A DNA stretch of 64,000 nucleotides from Octopus vulgaris (GCA_951406725.2 OX597831.1:29946001-30010000), one strand, 5' to 3'. Numbered from the stretch's first letter, positions 25,375 to 38,183 are shown. Numbers and translations are program-made. The notes: a model not told the origin generated them from the sequence alone.

Positions 25375-26180
25375 AAGTACATGATTGGAATAAAACCTGA
25401 CACTGGCTGCAGAAAGGAGACTTCAAAGGGCCCACTGAGGCATTAGTGTGCCGCTCTCAGAACAATCTCTCAGAACAAACTACTTCAAATATCACATTGA
25501 TAAAAGCACTGAATTGCCACAGTGTAGGATGTGCTCTGAGAAAAGAGAAAGTATAAGCCATATTGTTAGTGAGTGTTGTTAGCTCGCACAACGCGAATAC
25601 AAAAGGAGACACGACAATGTGGTCAGATATATCCGCTGGTTGTTGTGTGGTAAAGCAAACCTCGAGAGAGTCGAACGATGGTGTGAACACAAGCCAGAGG
25701 GAGTAATGGAAAACGAACATCACAAAATACTGTGAGGTTTTAACATGCAGTGAGACCAAGTCATAGAGGCGAGACGACCAGATATCATGCTCATCCATGA
25801 AGATGAAAAAGAAGTAGAGATTATAGATGTTGCAATATCAGGCAATTCGAGGGTGAAATGTAAGGAAACAAAAAAATGATTTAGAAATACCAGCCACTGC
25901 AGGACGAGATAGGAAAGTTATGGGGCATGATGAAAGTAATGGTGATACCAGTGGTAATTGGAGCAAGGGCTTTGAAAAACATATTAAGAATATTGGAACT
26001 GCTGTCAGGCTCGAGGTGATCCAGAAGACAGCATTGTTGGGTGCAGCTCGCATTCTAAGGAGAGTATTGTCTCTTTTGAGTCACGGGAGAATGCATTACT
26101 TGAAACCTTTGGTGATTTGTTATTGCCTGCTTTCAAGCAAAGAATAACCGGTAATTAAGAACTATCCGAGAGTCTTTCAG
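25375..26180 (+). pseudogene. Decayed 3' part of an R4/Dong-type LINE (zinc knuckle and restriction-like endonuclease)
   Basis: Broken-frame motifs WLQKGD, CRMC, RHDNV, RPDI, IIDVAI, IQKTALLGAARILRRVL; ends in (AAC/TAA)n. Confidence 0.8.
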
Positions 26181-26426
26181 AATAACAACAACAACAATAA
26201 TAATCTTTTCTGTCATAGGCACAAGACCTGAAATTTGCGGGGAGGGGGTAAGTCGATTTCATCTACCTCAGTGTTTCACTAGTACTTAATTCATCGACCC
26301 CGAAAGGATGAAAGGCAAAGTCGACCTCGGTGGTATTCGAACTCAGAACGTAGTGGCAGACGAAATACCACTCAGCATTTCGCCCCGTGCGCTAACGATT
26401 CTGCCAGCTCGTCGCCTTATACATAA

Positions 26427-26932
<506 letters not shown>

Positions 26933-26935
26933 GAA

Positions 26936-27283
26936 ATATAAAGGATTAAGTTAACTCCTCCAGAAGATATAGAGTCAAAAATTAAAAGAAGAGTGCCATT
27001 GTTATCTAGTGAACGATTTTTCGACATCCCGTGTGTCTTCAACTGGTTCAAAAAATAATTTTGTCAATCTACTTCATTTTGGTTAATATATAATGGATAG
27101 ATAACAATAGCACTCTTCTTTTAATTTTGACTCTATATCTTCTGGAGGAGTTACCTCAATCCTTTATATATTAACCAAAATGAAGTAGATTGGCAAAATT
27201 ATTTTTTGAACCAGTTGAAGACACACGAGATGTCGAAATATCGTTCACTAGATAACAATGGCACCCTTCTTTTAATTTTGACT
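26936..27283. repeat. Fold-back of a permuted ~150-bp unit (Penelope pseudo-LTR-like)
   Basis: 26936-27090 is the reverse complement of sequence within 27097-27283; the unit is partly repeated in direct orientation; diverged copy at about 61437-61547. Confidence 0.75.
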
Positions 27284-27345
27284 TTTAATATTATTATTAC
27301 TATTATTAATAATAATAATAATAATATTAATAATAATAATAATCT

Positions 27346-27589
27346 CTGCAAGAAGTGCAAAAGATTGTCTTAACTGGTACATCACACGTATTGAGAAGAG
27401 CATTGTCGATGTGAGAACTATTACTACCCATGTATTTTAATTTAACTTAAAAAAAAAAAAATGAACGAACTATTGAGTTTAGTTTAATGGCCTACCAATG
27501 TATACTATGAGTTTCTTTGCCCTAGGAGTCGGGAAGACACTCGGCAAGAAATGGAAGCAAATGTGAAAGAACAAAAAAAAAAAAAAAAA

Positions 27590-27590
<1 letters not shown>
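27346..27590 (+). mobile_element. 3'-terminal fragment of the R4/Dong LINE family in (TAA)n
   Basis: Near-identical to about 61038-61270. Confidence 0.9.
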
Positions 27591-27642
<52 letters not shown>

Positions 27643-27662
27643 TAATAATAATAATAAATCAC

Positions 27663-27723
27663 CTGTAGTTACGGCTGATTTTGCTACGGAGATAGTCAGG
27701 AAAAATATCAAAATGTGTGGCAT
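27663..27723 (-). CDS. Putative first coding exon (signal peptide MPHILIFFLTISVAKSAVTT) of orphan membrane-protein gene
   Basis: aacaATG start context, hydrophobic N-terminus, donor ACAG|gtgatt in phase 1 matching exon 20063-20271; possible acceptor tttcag about 20 nt upstream. Confidence 0.6.
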
Positions 27724-27857
27724 TGTTATTTTTGAATAGGTTATCTGAAATATTAAAGGTTTCTGTATTTCATGTCGAAATATCAGTGAAGAATTTTAAG
27801 ATCAATAAAGACAGACATGATAGAAGAATAGCCCATTCTGAAATAATCGCCCATTGA

Positions 27858-27888
27858 TGACGTCACTGCTCTTGTTAAATCACGTGAC
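27858..27888. promoter_or_regulatory. CRE (TGACGTCA) plus E-box/CLEAR-like (TCACGTGAC) pair
   Basis: Two palindromic motifs 14 bp apart, 135-165 bp upstream of the ATG at 27723 in unique sequence. Confidence 0.35.
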
Positions 27889-28065
27889 TTGTTGCCCATA
27901 TTTAGCTTGGTATGTCACTGAGAACGAAAAGAAGTTATAAATGTGCATCTGACGTTCATACATGTGTGTGTGTGTCTGTGTATGTGTGTGTGTGTGTGTG
28001 TGTGTGAGGTAGGAATCAACTGGTGTCTGAGTACGACCACTTCTTGAACAGTTAGACATTTCTTA

Positions 28066-28124
<59 letters not shown>

Positions 28125-28126
<2 letters not shown>

Positions 28127-28312
28127 GGACTTTCCAGTACATACAGACCGAACCATCAAGGCCAATAAACCAGATATTGTTGTGAAAGACCAAAACAATA
28201 AAGTTTGCTTATTGATCGACATGAGCATCCCCTGTGATCATAATATCTCAGCGAAAGAGTTTGACAAGCTCAGAAAATATAAAGACCTACTCATTGAAAT
28301 TGAGAAAATGTG
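28125..28312 (+). mobile_element. Internal fragment of the R4/Dong LINE endonuclease region
   Basis: Near-identical to about 60750-60938 (WDFP.HTDRTIKANKPDIVV...EIEKM). Confidence 0.9.
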
Positions 28313-28389
28313 TGTGTGTGTGTGTGAGGTAGGAATCAGCTGGTGTCTGAGTACGACCACTTCTTGAACAGTTAGACATTTCTTAAATG

Positions 28390-28991
28390 TTACCATGGAA
28401 ATCCATCAAAAGAAGACATTCGCCAGCCACATGGCTAATATGGCCAGTTCCAGAATTTGGTAATCCTGGTAATCCATGATGGAACCATCTTTTCTGGGTC
28501 CCTTCCTGATTGATAGTTGACCAGTGTTACTCTTGGAAAAGGGCTGCTCAATCACTCGAGATGCAACCAGATTTCTCAGTGGCCCATCGTTTTGAAAACA
28601 AGCGGCCACTGTTCCAAACCATTTTCCTGCAGGTGTGTAATTCCCTCCTTCGTTCCCCTGTAATCCCCGTTACCTCGGCATGTAAGAGATCTATAGCATG
28701 TTGTCTGAGAATTGCCTGAGCGTGAAATCGATTAAATTGTTCAAATATACACACATATATCCATGCATGTATGTGTATATTAGAGAGTGAAAAATTTATA
28801 TCAACAGATTTATACCAATAATTTTTGAAACAGCATCTTCCTCATTCGATTTTAAATAGCATTTCCCCTCGTCCGATTTCTTCCACTGAAATTCATCCTT
28901 TTCTCTGATGAGTGGATATACTTCCCAACAATGCTTATCAACTTTAGATTTCATTTTGAGAGGTAGTATATTTATGAAACGATCGTAAGAA
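28390..28991 (-). pseudogene. Possible decayed two-exon fragment with PAN-like and kringle-like motifs
   Basis: Exon 28816-28991 (FQWKKSDEGKCYLKS), 100-bp gt-ag intron, in-phase exon from 28715 (CYRSLTCRGNGDYRGT...; past in-frame stops PFPRVTLVNYQSGRDPE..PSW.T); resemblance by eye only. Confidence 0.3.
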
Positions 28992-29027
28992 CTTTCAAAC
29001 ATTAAAAAAAATTTTCTTTAATGATCA

Positions 29028-30294
29028 TAGGCGCAACAGTGGCTGTGTGGTAAGTAGCTTGCTTACCAACCACATGGTTCCGGGTTCAGTCCCACTGCGT
29101 GGTACCTTGGGCAAGTGAATGGATTTGGTAGACGGAAACTGAAAGAAGCCCGTCGTATATATGTGTATATATGTGTGTGTTTGTGTGTCTGTGTTTGTCC
29201 CACCAACATCGCTTGACAACTGACGCTGGTGTGTTTACGTCCCCATAACTTTGCGGTTCGGCAAAAAATACCGATAGAATAAGTACTTGACCTCAAGTGG
29301 CCTGAACTCTTTACATGAACACCACCCTGTACTTAACTCCATGTCCCCCTACATGGCCTTGCTATTTGCTTTTGAGCCAAATAAACTAACTAACTAACTA
29401 ACTAACTACTAGGCTTACAAAGAATAAGTGCTGGGGTCGATCTGCTCGACTAAAGGCGGTGGTCCAGCATGGCCGCAGTCAAATGACCGAAGAAAGTAAA
29501 AGATAAAAGATAAAGGAATAAAGTTATTAGCACCCAGTATGCTTGGAGTTAAGTAAATTTTGAGTAAATACCAGCCTTCTTGAATTTCGTCCTGCTTCGG
29601 GGAGAAAAAGTATTGGTTTAGAAGTTGGCTTATTAAAAAAGAATACATACACATACAACACACCCACCCACACACGCTTATGAAATAACATGTATTGCTT
29701 ATAAAATATTTAAAATATTAAACAATGCTGCAATTTCTTGGAAGCTTATTGTTAGTGATCTCACTCGTATATTGTAAAAGTCGTCTCGGGTATTTCCTCG
29801 TGTACCAACACGAAAATGACAAAAATGTCAGATTGAAAGAATCTGTTTTGGGCGTGTTACTAGCAGGATGTTTAAATAATAAAGAATTTAAAAAAAACAT
29901 AAGATAAGTGTTTACTTTATAACTTTTGTATAATATTTAAAAAAATATATAAAGATTAGCCAATAAAGAGCATGTCCGGATTACCGGTTGAATAATGGGA
30001 AAAGTGTAACTAGGCGTGCTTAAATTACGGAGCCTTTCAGTTATAACGTGTTAAAGAATACATTTACTCTTTTACTTGTTTCAGTCATTTGACTGTGGCC
30101 ATGCTGGAGCACCGCCTTTAGTCGAGCAAATCGATCCCAGGACTTATTCTTTGTAAGCTTAGTATTTATTCTATCGGTCACTTTTGCCGAACTGTTAAGT
30201 TACGGGGACGTAAATACACCAGCATCGGTTGTCAAGCGATGTTGGGGGGACAAACACAGACACACAAACATACACACACACACATACACATACG

Positions 30295-30347
<53 letters not shown>

Positions 30348-30512
30348 TACGACGGGCTTCTTTAGTTTCCGTCTACCAAATCCGCTCACAAGGCTTTGGT
30401 CGGCCCGAGGCTATAGTAGAAGACACTTGCCCAAGGTGCCCCGCAGTGGGACTGAACCGGGAACCATGTGGTTGGTAAGTAAGCTACTTACCACACAACC
30501 ACACCTACGCCT
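29028..30512. mobile_element. Family A SINEs (29028-29515 +, 30064-30512 -)
   Basis: Match the family A consensus. Confidence 0.8.
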
Positions 30513-31129
30513 ATTTACATACACTTCATTCAAAAAGTCTCTCCATGGTATTTTATCGCAAAATAAATATTTATAAGATGATTCTGAAAAAAAATTCCAA
30601 AAATTTTTTTAAAATTTCAATTTAAAAAGAAAAAGAAATTATCTCTCCCCTCACAGCGTACGGCTACTTTTTCAAAAAAAAAATTTCCTCAAAATATGCG
30701 GAAAAACACGGAGATTATCAGCTTCCATGCTATAGTCATCATCATGGCAATCGTTATGTAAAAACTAACGCTTCCTTTTTCCGATCTGAGATTCGGTTTC
30801 GAATCTCGGGATTCTCGCTCATCTGATCCACCATTGGTGAAAGAGGAGGCGCCAGAGAAATTTTGTTGTCCAGTCAAAAGATAATACATGAATTTTCATT
30901 TCGACCTTTGACACTAGCTGTTTCACACAAAGTTCACCAGTTGATCTAAATTACTCCTGATGACCATCATATAAGTCTAACACTTTGGCCAATCAGCCAA
31001 CATAGAATCAGATATTTAGCAGTCGCAGAACAGAGAGAGCGAGAGAGAGAGAGAATCTGTTTATTAATCATAAGGTTGAGAAAAAGAGGAAACGATACGA
31101 GGACAGACAAAACAAACATTGGGGTCAGG

Positions 31130-31690
31130 GTATCGAATGAGACAAAACGTATGATGTCTTGCAAACAACTTGCACATGCAAGTGCTACCAGTTAAAAGCT
31201 CCGTATATCAGAAGCTAGTAAGTGTATGGGGTCATCAGGAGAGAATGCGCGCCGTTTCGGGGCCTACCTCTCGACGGCATCAATGCGCACCGGCCCCCCT
31301 CACTGATATGAAGCCCCGCTTGCTAGATCAGCTGGTTATGAAGAACTCAATATACTTCTAGCCATCGCTCATCGTCTCTTTTTAACCAAATCCAGTGGCT
31401 AGCCTTCTCCACTGTAGATTGGATATCAGTCATGGTGGTATTGACTTTACGATGAGTTAGGCCTAACGATAACAACAGTCGTCTCACGCTGTGTCCTACA
31501 AACTCTCTACATCTGGCTTCGATAGGAAAATGTTCCGCTTTCCAGCCTGCGTCTTCACATTCCTCGAGGAGGTTTTCATAACGGTTTAATTTTCGAGCTC
31601 GAGCGGCGTCCATATTATCTTCGTGAGGAACCGTTAGCTCGACTATATTTACAACTTTCTTTCTTTCACACCACATCAAAATATCTGGGG
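31130..31690 (-). mobile_element. HERO-clade (R2 group) non-LTR retrotransposon 3' remnant
   Basis: ORF 31347-31721: PDILMW...IVELTVPHEDNM...RKLNRY...GW...PIE...EKASHWIWLKR, a restriction-like endonuclease C-terminus of HERO type, followed by a 3' UTR. Confidence 0.8.
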
Positions 31691-31694
31691 TTTC

Positions 31695-32390
31695 TTTTTT
31701 CTTAAAAAAATAAACAAACAATTAAAATATATACAATTAAATGAGAATGAGTGATTTACAAAAAATGAAGCGGAGGACGCGGTCGACCCCACAAACCACA
31801 TACTCACACTGAAGACTTTGCTTTCTCCTTTCTGTTTTTTGTTCTCGTTTAGACAGGTTGTTTCACTCGCAACATACTTGCTCCAGATTTCCATCTTTTA
31901 CGAAACACACTTTGCGACAGGCATTTCTTTTCCAGCCTTATTTTCTGTTTCATGTGGAAATCGAAAAAGTCGATTAGCTCGAGATTGGAAATGAACATGC
32001 CTGTTGCAATTCCTTCCACTCTCGTCTTCCATACAACTTCTTTCGCCATAGCAACTACCGAGAGAAAACAGGCTCGCTCCTCCCTATTCAGGGAGGTCGG
32101 CGGAACTATCTTAATTACAGATTCGCTCGACAGTTGTACTCTTCTCGAATGCGAAAGCAGGTGTTCGACATAAGCCCAGAGCTCAGTCACCTTGGGGCAT
32201 TGCACAGTCGCATGCAGGACAGTTTCACTGTCCCGCTCGCATCTTGCACAAACCGGCGAAGGCGCACACCCATGTCTAAAGGGCTTATCTCGAACCGGTA
32301 AAGCTCCTCTGTAACATTGTCAGACCAGGGACTTTTGGTAATTGCCCATAGGCTCCGGCCCGAATGTTCTTTGGAACAGATTGACCAGTG
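31695..32390 (-). mobile_element. L1/Tx1-type LINE 3' remnant
   Basis: YRGALPVRDK..., CARC..ETVLHA..QC zinc knuckle, AKEVVWKTR; related remnants at about 39945-40890 (+) and 52910-53400 (-). Confidence 0.75.
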
Positions 32391-32511
32391 AAGAGACTAG
32401 CGAGGAACTGACATTTGTACACAGTGGGTTTAGGCATTTAACACAGAATACTGGAATTGCCGTTACAGAAAACTTACTTGTAGAAAGGTGCGTACTTAGT
32501 TCGCTTGAAGA

Positions 32512-32710
32512 TGTCGTCTGATTGTGAGCAGCCCTCCGCATCGACTGATTCGCCAGTATTGCGAAAACGAAGTAAAAAACATGGCGTAAATCTGTACAAG
32601 CTTTCTCTTAGATTACATGATGAAAATTCATCTATTTCTTATCGCCAGGAAATCAGGCTGCTTCCGAAACAAATGCGTTGCCCATCTTGAAGAGCTATAT
32701 TAAGCAAGGT
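32512..32710 (+). pseudogene. Possible Merlin/ISXO2 transposase N-terminal remnant
   Basis: MSSD...ISYRQEIRLLPKQMRCPS* resembles the L.E.GLLP...CP.C zinc-ribbon start of Merlin transposases; truncated by a SINE head at about 32727. Confidence 0.35.
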
Positions 32711-34037
32711 TTATAAAATAACGCGTGGAGGCGTAATGGCTTAGTGGTTAGGGCAGCAGACTCGCGGTCGGTGGATCGCGATTTCGATTCCCAGACCGGG
32801 CTTGCATGTGTTTATTGAGCGAAAACACCTAAAAGCTCCGATAGCGTTGGTGGCGAAATTGGAGTGGGGGAGGGAAATTGAAATTTTAAAATGCCGAGTT
32901 TTGCCAATTTTTCTTTTCAGACTCGTAATCTCCATACCCGAAAACGGGGATTTCTGTAAAAAGAAAATTTAATTAAATTTAAAAAAACGACAGATTCGGG
33001 CCGTCCGCATTTTAAAACCGAAAATTTAAAAAGAAATTTTCCGAAAACCTTTTTCCCCATGTCGCCCACCCATCACCACACTACTTCCAAAGTTTCACTT
33101 TTAGCATTGCAGTCAACGCATGCGCACTGGTGAAAAGGGTTTCAAAACTTCGTGTTTATGCCGTAGACTGCGAGAGGAGGGAGAGGGGTATTTTTCTTTT
33201 AGTTTTTAGTTGAAATTTTGCAAAAATTTTTGGAAATTTATCTCCGTATTTTTCTGCATATTTAAAAAAAAAAATTCTGAAAAAAATCAAAAATGAAGAA
33301 GTTAGGGGTGGAGTGGGGGGAATTTTAAAATGCTGCTTTTTGGCATTTTTCTGGAATCTCCGCAGCCGAAAATGTGGGTTGTTGGCAAAAAAAAAAAAAA
33401 AAAAATTTCGGAGATATTGGGGCGGTGGGGGTGGAAGTCTTTCCAAAAAACTTTATAAGAGGGATTGAAAGTGTCGTCCTTCATTTCCAAGACATAAGTT
33501 GACTCTTCTACTCGTGTTTTGAAATACATCTTGAAGAGACTGGCACTCAGTATGATTGCGTCTTTTAGCTCATTGATTCACTGCGGAGAGACTTTTCGAA
33601 CACCCTGTATAATGTACAGTAATTTATCACTTCTCGATGCATCAGCAGACGTCTGTTGTGTGTGTGTGTGTGAGTGTGATGGACGTGCTGAAAGGTTCCT
33701 GGTTTTGGGTAAAAGAAAATACAGGAGGGTCAGCTAATTATGATTTTCTTCAACCCTCTCAGATTCACACACATATTATTGCAGCATTTCTTCAGTTTTT
33801 CTAAGCCCTGTAAAAAAATCATCGTGCACAGGCATCACTTGAAAAGAAATGTAAGGCCTGTCACAAAAAATGGCTGGTCGTAGCCTTCACACGTGTGGGA
33901 CTTTCGATCGGGTGATGGCAATACTTGAACCCGTGTTTGCATCCATCATATATATGTTAGCATGGAAAACAGGTATTAAACAATACTTGTGATATATACA
34001 CGCATAAATATCCATCAGCAATAAAATATACACAAAC

Positions 34038-34460
34038 ATCATCATCATCATCATTTAACATCCGTTTTCTGTGCTAGCATGGGTTGGACGGTTCAACCGG
34101 GGTCTGGGAAGCCAGGAGGCTGCACAAGGCTCCAGACTGATCTGGCAGTTTCTACATCTGGATGCCCTTCCTAACGCCAACCACTCTGTGAGTGTAGTGG
34201 GTGCTTTTTATGTGCCAGGTGCGGCTGGCAGCAGCCACAATCGGTTGGTGCTTTTTACATGCCACTGGCACAGGTATCACAACTACAATTTCCATTTGAT
34301 ATTTATTTTGATGTTGGTGTACTTGACTCAATAGGTCTTCTCAAGCACAGCAGGTCACCCTATGATCCAAGGTAAGCACAGCAGGTCGTTCTGCAATCCA
34401 AGGTACTTTGGATGGGCTGGGACTATGTGAAACTGGTGCAGGAAGCAGCCATGAACTCAC
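34038..34460 (-). mobile_element. SINE/RTE-like 3' tail element, family D, with (ATG)n tail
   Basis: (CAT)n-TTTAAC(A/G)TCCGTTTTC..GCTAGCATGGGTTGGACGG; other copies at about 41430, 45127, 45822-45957 and 52194-52700. Confidence 0.7.
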
Positions 34461-35038
34461 ATTATTTGTCGGGTCAAATGCGCCCTTTTAAAGCCTAGCC
34501 AGGGTTATGGGCCCTGTTTCCCAGTTTCAATGGCGTATGTGTTCCCCAGCTGGACGGGACACCAGTCCATTGCAGCGTTACTCATTTTTGCCAGCTGAGT
34601 GGACTGGAGCAACGTGAAATGAAGTGTTTTGCTCAAGGACACAACGTATCGCCCGGTCCAGGAATCGAAACCACAATCTTACGATCATGATGCTGACACC
34701 CTAACCACTAAGCCACGCACCTCCACACACAAACAAACAAATAAATAAAAACAAAACCATTTAATAAATAAATACATAAATGAATAGATAAATAAAACAC
34801 AACACACTTTTTGTAGAATTCATTTCGTTTTATTAATTTTATATAATTTATTTTATTTAATATTTTTGTTTTCAATATTTTTTATAAAATTTTTTAGATT
34901 TTCACTTTAGCAATATATATATATATATTTTTTGTTTTTTTGTAAATACAAACCGCCCCCTCCCCTTCCTTGAACTGAGACATTAATTGATCGAATGGTA
35001 TTGAACCATTATGATTATTGTTGCTGATGTCGTTCCTG

Positions 35039-35270
35039 TTAATCCTTTAGCATTTAAGCAGCTGTATCAAGTCAAAAGAATCTACCTGTTTTATATTCAA
35101 AAAGGCCAGATCCAGCCTCTCACACCTACCCTACAATGTCATTCCAAAAATAAACATCACGTCATTGAAATCTTGAAGCTACGAGATAATACATAATTAA
35201 TTCAAAACAATTTGATTAACTAAGCAATTTGATTAGTTTTCATGGAGGAACCTCAATGCCAAAGGATTAA
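35039..35270. mobile_element. piggyBac-like MITE
   Basis: TTAA|TCCTTTAGCATT ... AATGCCAAAGGA|TTAA; an interrupted copy spans about 47512-49847. Confidence 0.6.
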
Positions 35271-35689
35271 CTAAATATATAACAACAGCAACAGCAGAAA
35301 TGGTAGTGTGGTGGAGATTAAGTGGATTAAAAGAAGGATTAAGGATCAAAGGAATCGAGAAAAAGAGGGGGAGAGGGGGAGATGTAGGCAAAGAGAGAGA
35401 AATGGAAAGGGACTGAGATAGAGATAGAGAAAGAGACAGATAAAGACAGAGAGAGAGAGAGAGAGAAGAGAGGAGGGTGGAAGTCAGAGGTATACAAAGT
35501 GACAGAAAGAAACAGTGAAACAGTGAGAGTGAAACAGTGAGAGAGAGACAGACAGAAGAGAAAGAGAGAAAGAAGAAAAGTTAAGTTTTGCTCAATACAG
35601 AATATGGAAGAGAACAAGAAATATGGAAGTTATAATCTCCAGAAGGCAGTAATGGGGAAGAAATGGAGAAATATTCTTCCAGAAGGCAG

Positions 35690-36260
35690 CAGATGGAACA
35701 TCAGTGGAAGATATGCCTCCACAGAATAAAAGCTGGAAGTAACATGAAAGATAATCCTTCAGCACTGAAGCTGGAGAAGACATAGAAGATATTCCTCCGT
35801 AGAACAGAGGCTGGAGTTGACATGGAAGATATGCTTCCACAGAGCAGAAGCTGGAGGTAACGTGGAAGATTTTCCTCCCAAGAGCAGAAGCTGGAGGTAA
35901 CATGGAAGATAATTCTCCACAGAACAGAATCTGGAGGTAACATGGAAGATATTCTGCCAGAGAACAGACACTGGAGGCAACCTGGAGGTAACATGGAAGA
36001 TTTTCCTCCCAAGAGCAGAAGCTGGAGGTAACATGGAAGATAATTCTCCACAGAACAGAAGCTGGGAGAAACATGGAAGATAATTCTCCACAGAACAGAA
36101 GCTGGAGGTAACATGGAAGATATTCCTCCCAAGAACAGAAGCTGGAGGCAACATGGAAGATTTTCTTCCACAGATCAGAAGCTGGAGGTAACATGGAAGA
36201 CATTCCTCCAGAGCACAGCAACTGGACCATGGAGCAAACATGGAAGATATTACCTCCAGA
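35690..36260. repeat. About 40-bp minisatellite (AGAAGCTGGAGGTAACATGGAAGATAATTCTCCACAGAAC), roughly 14 units, decaying at both flanks
   Basis: Directly visible tandem repeat with two interspersed unit variants. Confidence 0.9.
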
Positions 36261-36640
36261 AGGTAGTAAAAAACCATAAAGTACAAAATATTCATTCAGA
36301 GACCAGTATTTGAGTAATAATGAGAAATGTCTCCCAAAAATCTTCCCAACCAACCCCTATGGAGGTAATATAGAAAATGTTCCTCCAGAAGGTAGTAGAA
36401 AAAAACTAAAAGTAGGAAAATACCCATTCTCCCTAGAGACAGTAGCTGGAGGCCAAAGATAAGATATCCCTCCAGGAGGCAGATGAAACAAGGAAAATGG
36501 AAGACAGTAAGTAAAGGTGGCGCACAGAAGAAAAATAAAAAAAAAGGAAAGCATTTCTCCAGAAGGTACTGGAAGAATGAAATGTGGAAAAGATAGCCAT
36601 TTTTGTTGACCTTAAGATGCTGTATAATAATAACAACAAC

Positions 36641-36705
<65 letters not shown>

Positions 36706-36931
36706 TAATAATAATAATAATTATAATAATAATTATAATTATAATAATAATAATAACAATAATGATTTCAAATTTTGGCAAAAGTCCAGAAATTTCGGGT
36801 GGTGTGGGGTGGGGGTTAAGTGGATTACATTGACCCCCCAGTATTTAACTGGTACTTATTTTATTGACCCTGAAATGCAGCCTCAGCCTAGTTTGAACTT
36901 TGAACGTAAAGACGGATGAAATGCTGATAAG

Positions 36932-36972
<41 letters not shown>

Positions 36973-37482
36973 GTAATAATAATAATAACAACAACAGTAA
37001 TAATGATTTGTATTTTAGGTACAAGGGCCTAGCGCCTGAAATTTTGGGGGTAGGTGGCTAGTCGATTATATCAACCCTTGTACGTGAATGGTACTTATTT
37101 TACTGACCCTCGCAAAGATAAAAGGCAAAGTTGAGATTAGTGGGATTTGAACTCAGATTGTAAAAAGCTGAGAGATGCGCCAACGATTTTGCCAGATCAC
37201 AGTTTGATAATAACGATATTTCCTAATTTACATACAAAGGCAGCAATTATGAAAGGAGTGAGGTTTAATCAGTTAAACGAACCCCCAACATGCAGTGAAT
37301 GATTTATTTTATTGACCTCACCGTCCTCCCAAAGGGATGAAAGGAAATGCTGACCTTAGTGGGATTTGAACTCGGAACGAGTGGAGTAAACAATGAGAGA
37401 TTGACACCTTTAACATTAACACCACGGAGTATTCCCATGTTAACATTCAAAGTACAAACTTCAAATACAATAGACAAATATG

Positions 37483-37514
<32 letters not shown>

Positions 37515-37698
37515 TGTTATCGTCACTGCTACGACCACCACCACCACCACAATTCACTCCCCGCTGCCACCACCGTTTTACAACATGATAGCCCATCCTG
37601 ATGCCAAACCCTTTGGTCACCTCATGCATTCTGTCACAATGTGATTTAATCAGGACACATACATACACATACATACATGTATGTTAGTGTATATATTA

Positions 37699-37748
<50 letters not shown>

Positions 37749-37805
37749 GCATACATACATACATATAAGAAACAGGATGTTGGAGATAGAAATGGTTGCA
37801 TAAAC

Positions 37806-37848
<43 letters not shown>

Positions 37849-37850
37849 CA

Positions 37851-37883
<33 letters not shown>

Positions 37884-38183
37884 GTACATATATATATATT
37901 TATTTATACACACACACATTATGGATATATGGCTATATATATATGTGTGTGTGTGTGTGTATATACATGCATGCCCACATGTCCATATAAGAAACAGGAT
38001 CTTGACAGTAAAAAATGGTTACATATAGTACTAGCACATACCAGTCATACATATACTCACTACTAATAGACTATGAACTAGTAGTAGTAGTAGTCATAGT
38101 AGTATTAGTAGTAGTAGTAGTAGTAATGGTGGTAGTAATAGTGGTGGTGGTGGTGGTGGTGGTGGTGGTAGTAGTAGTAGTAA

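Noticed and set aside
30689-30889. ORF ending MMMTIAWKLIISVFFRIF as a signal-peptide exon
   Set aside because: The hydrophobic end runs into a repeat also seen near 33240; no usable donor site
31228-31265. GAAAC...CTGATGA in the HERO 3' UTR as a type II hammerhead
   Set aside because: Stems II and III cannot pair
35592-36353. 253-aa and overlapping ORFs
   Set aside because: Product of a 40-bp tandem repeat that lacks stops on one strand; unit is not a multiple of 3
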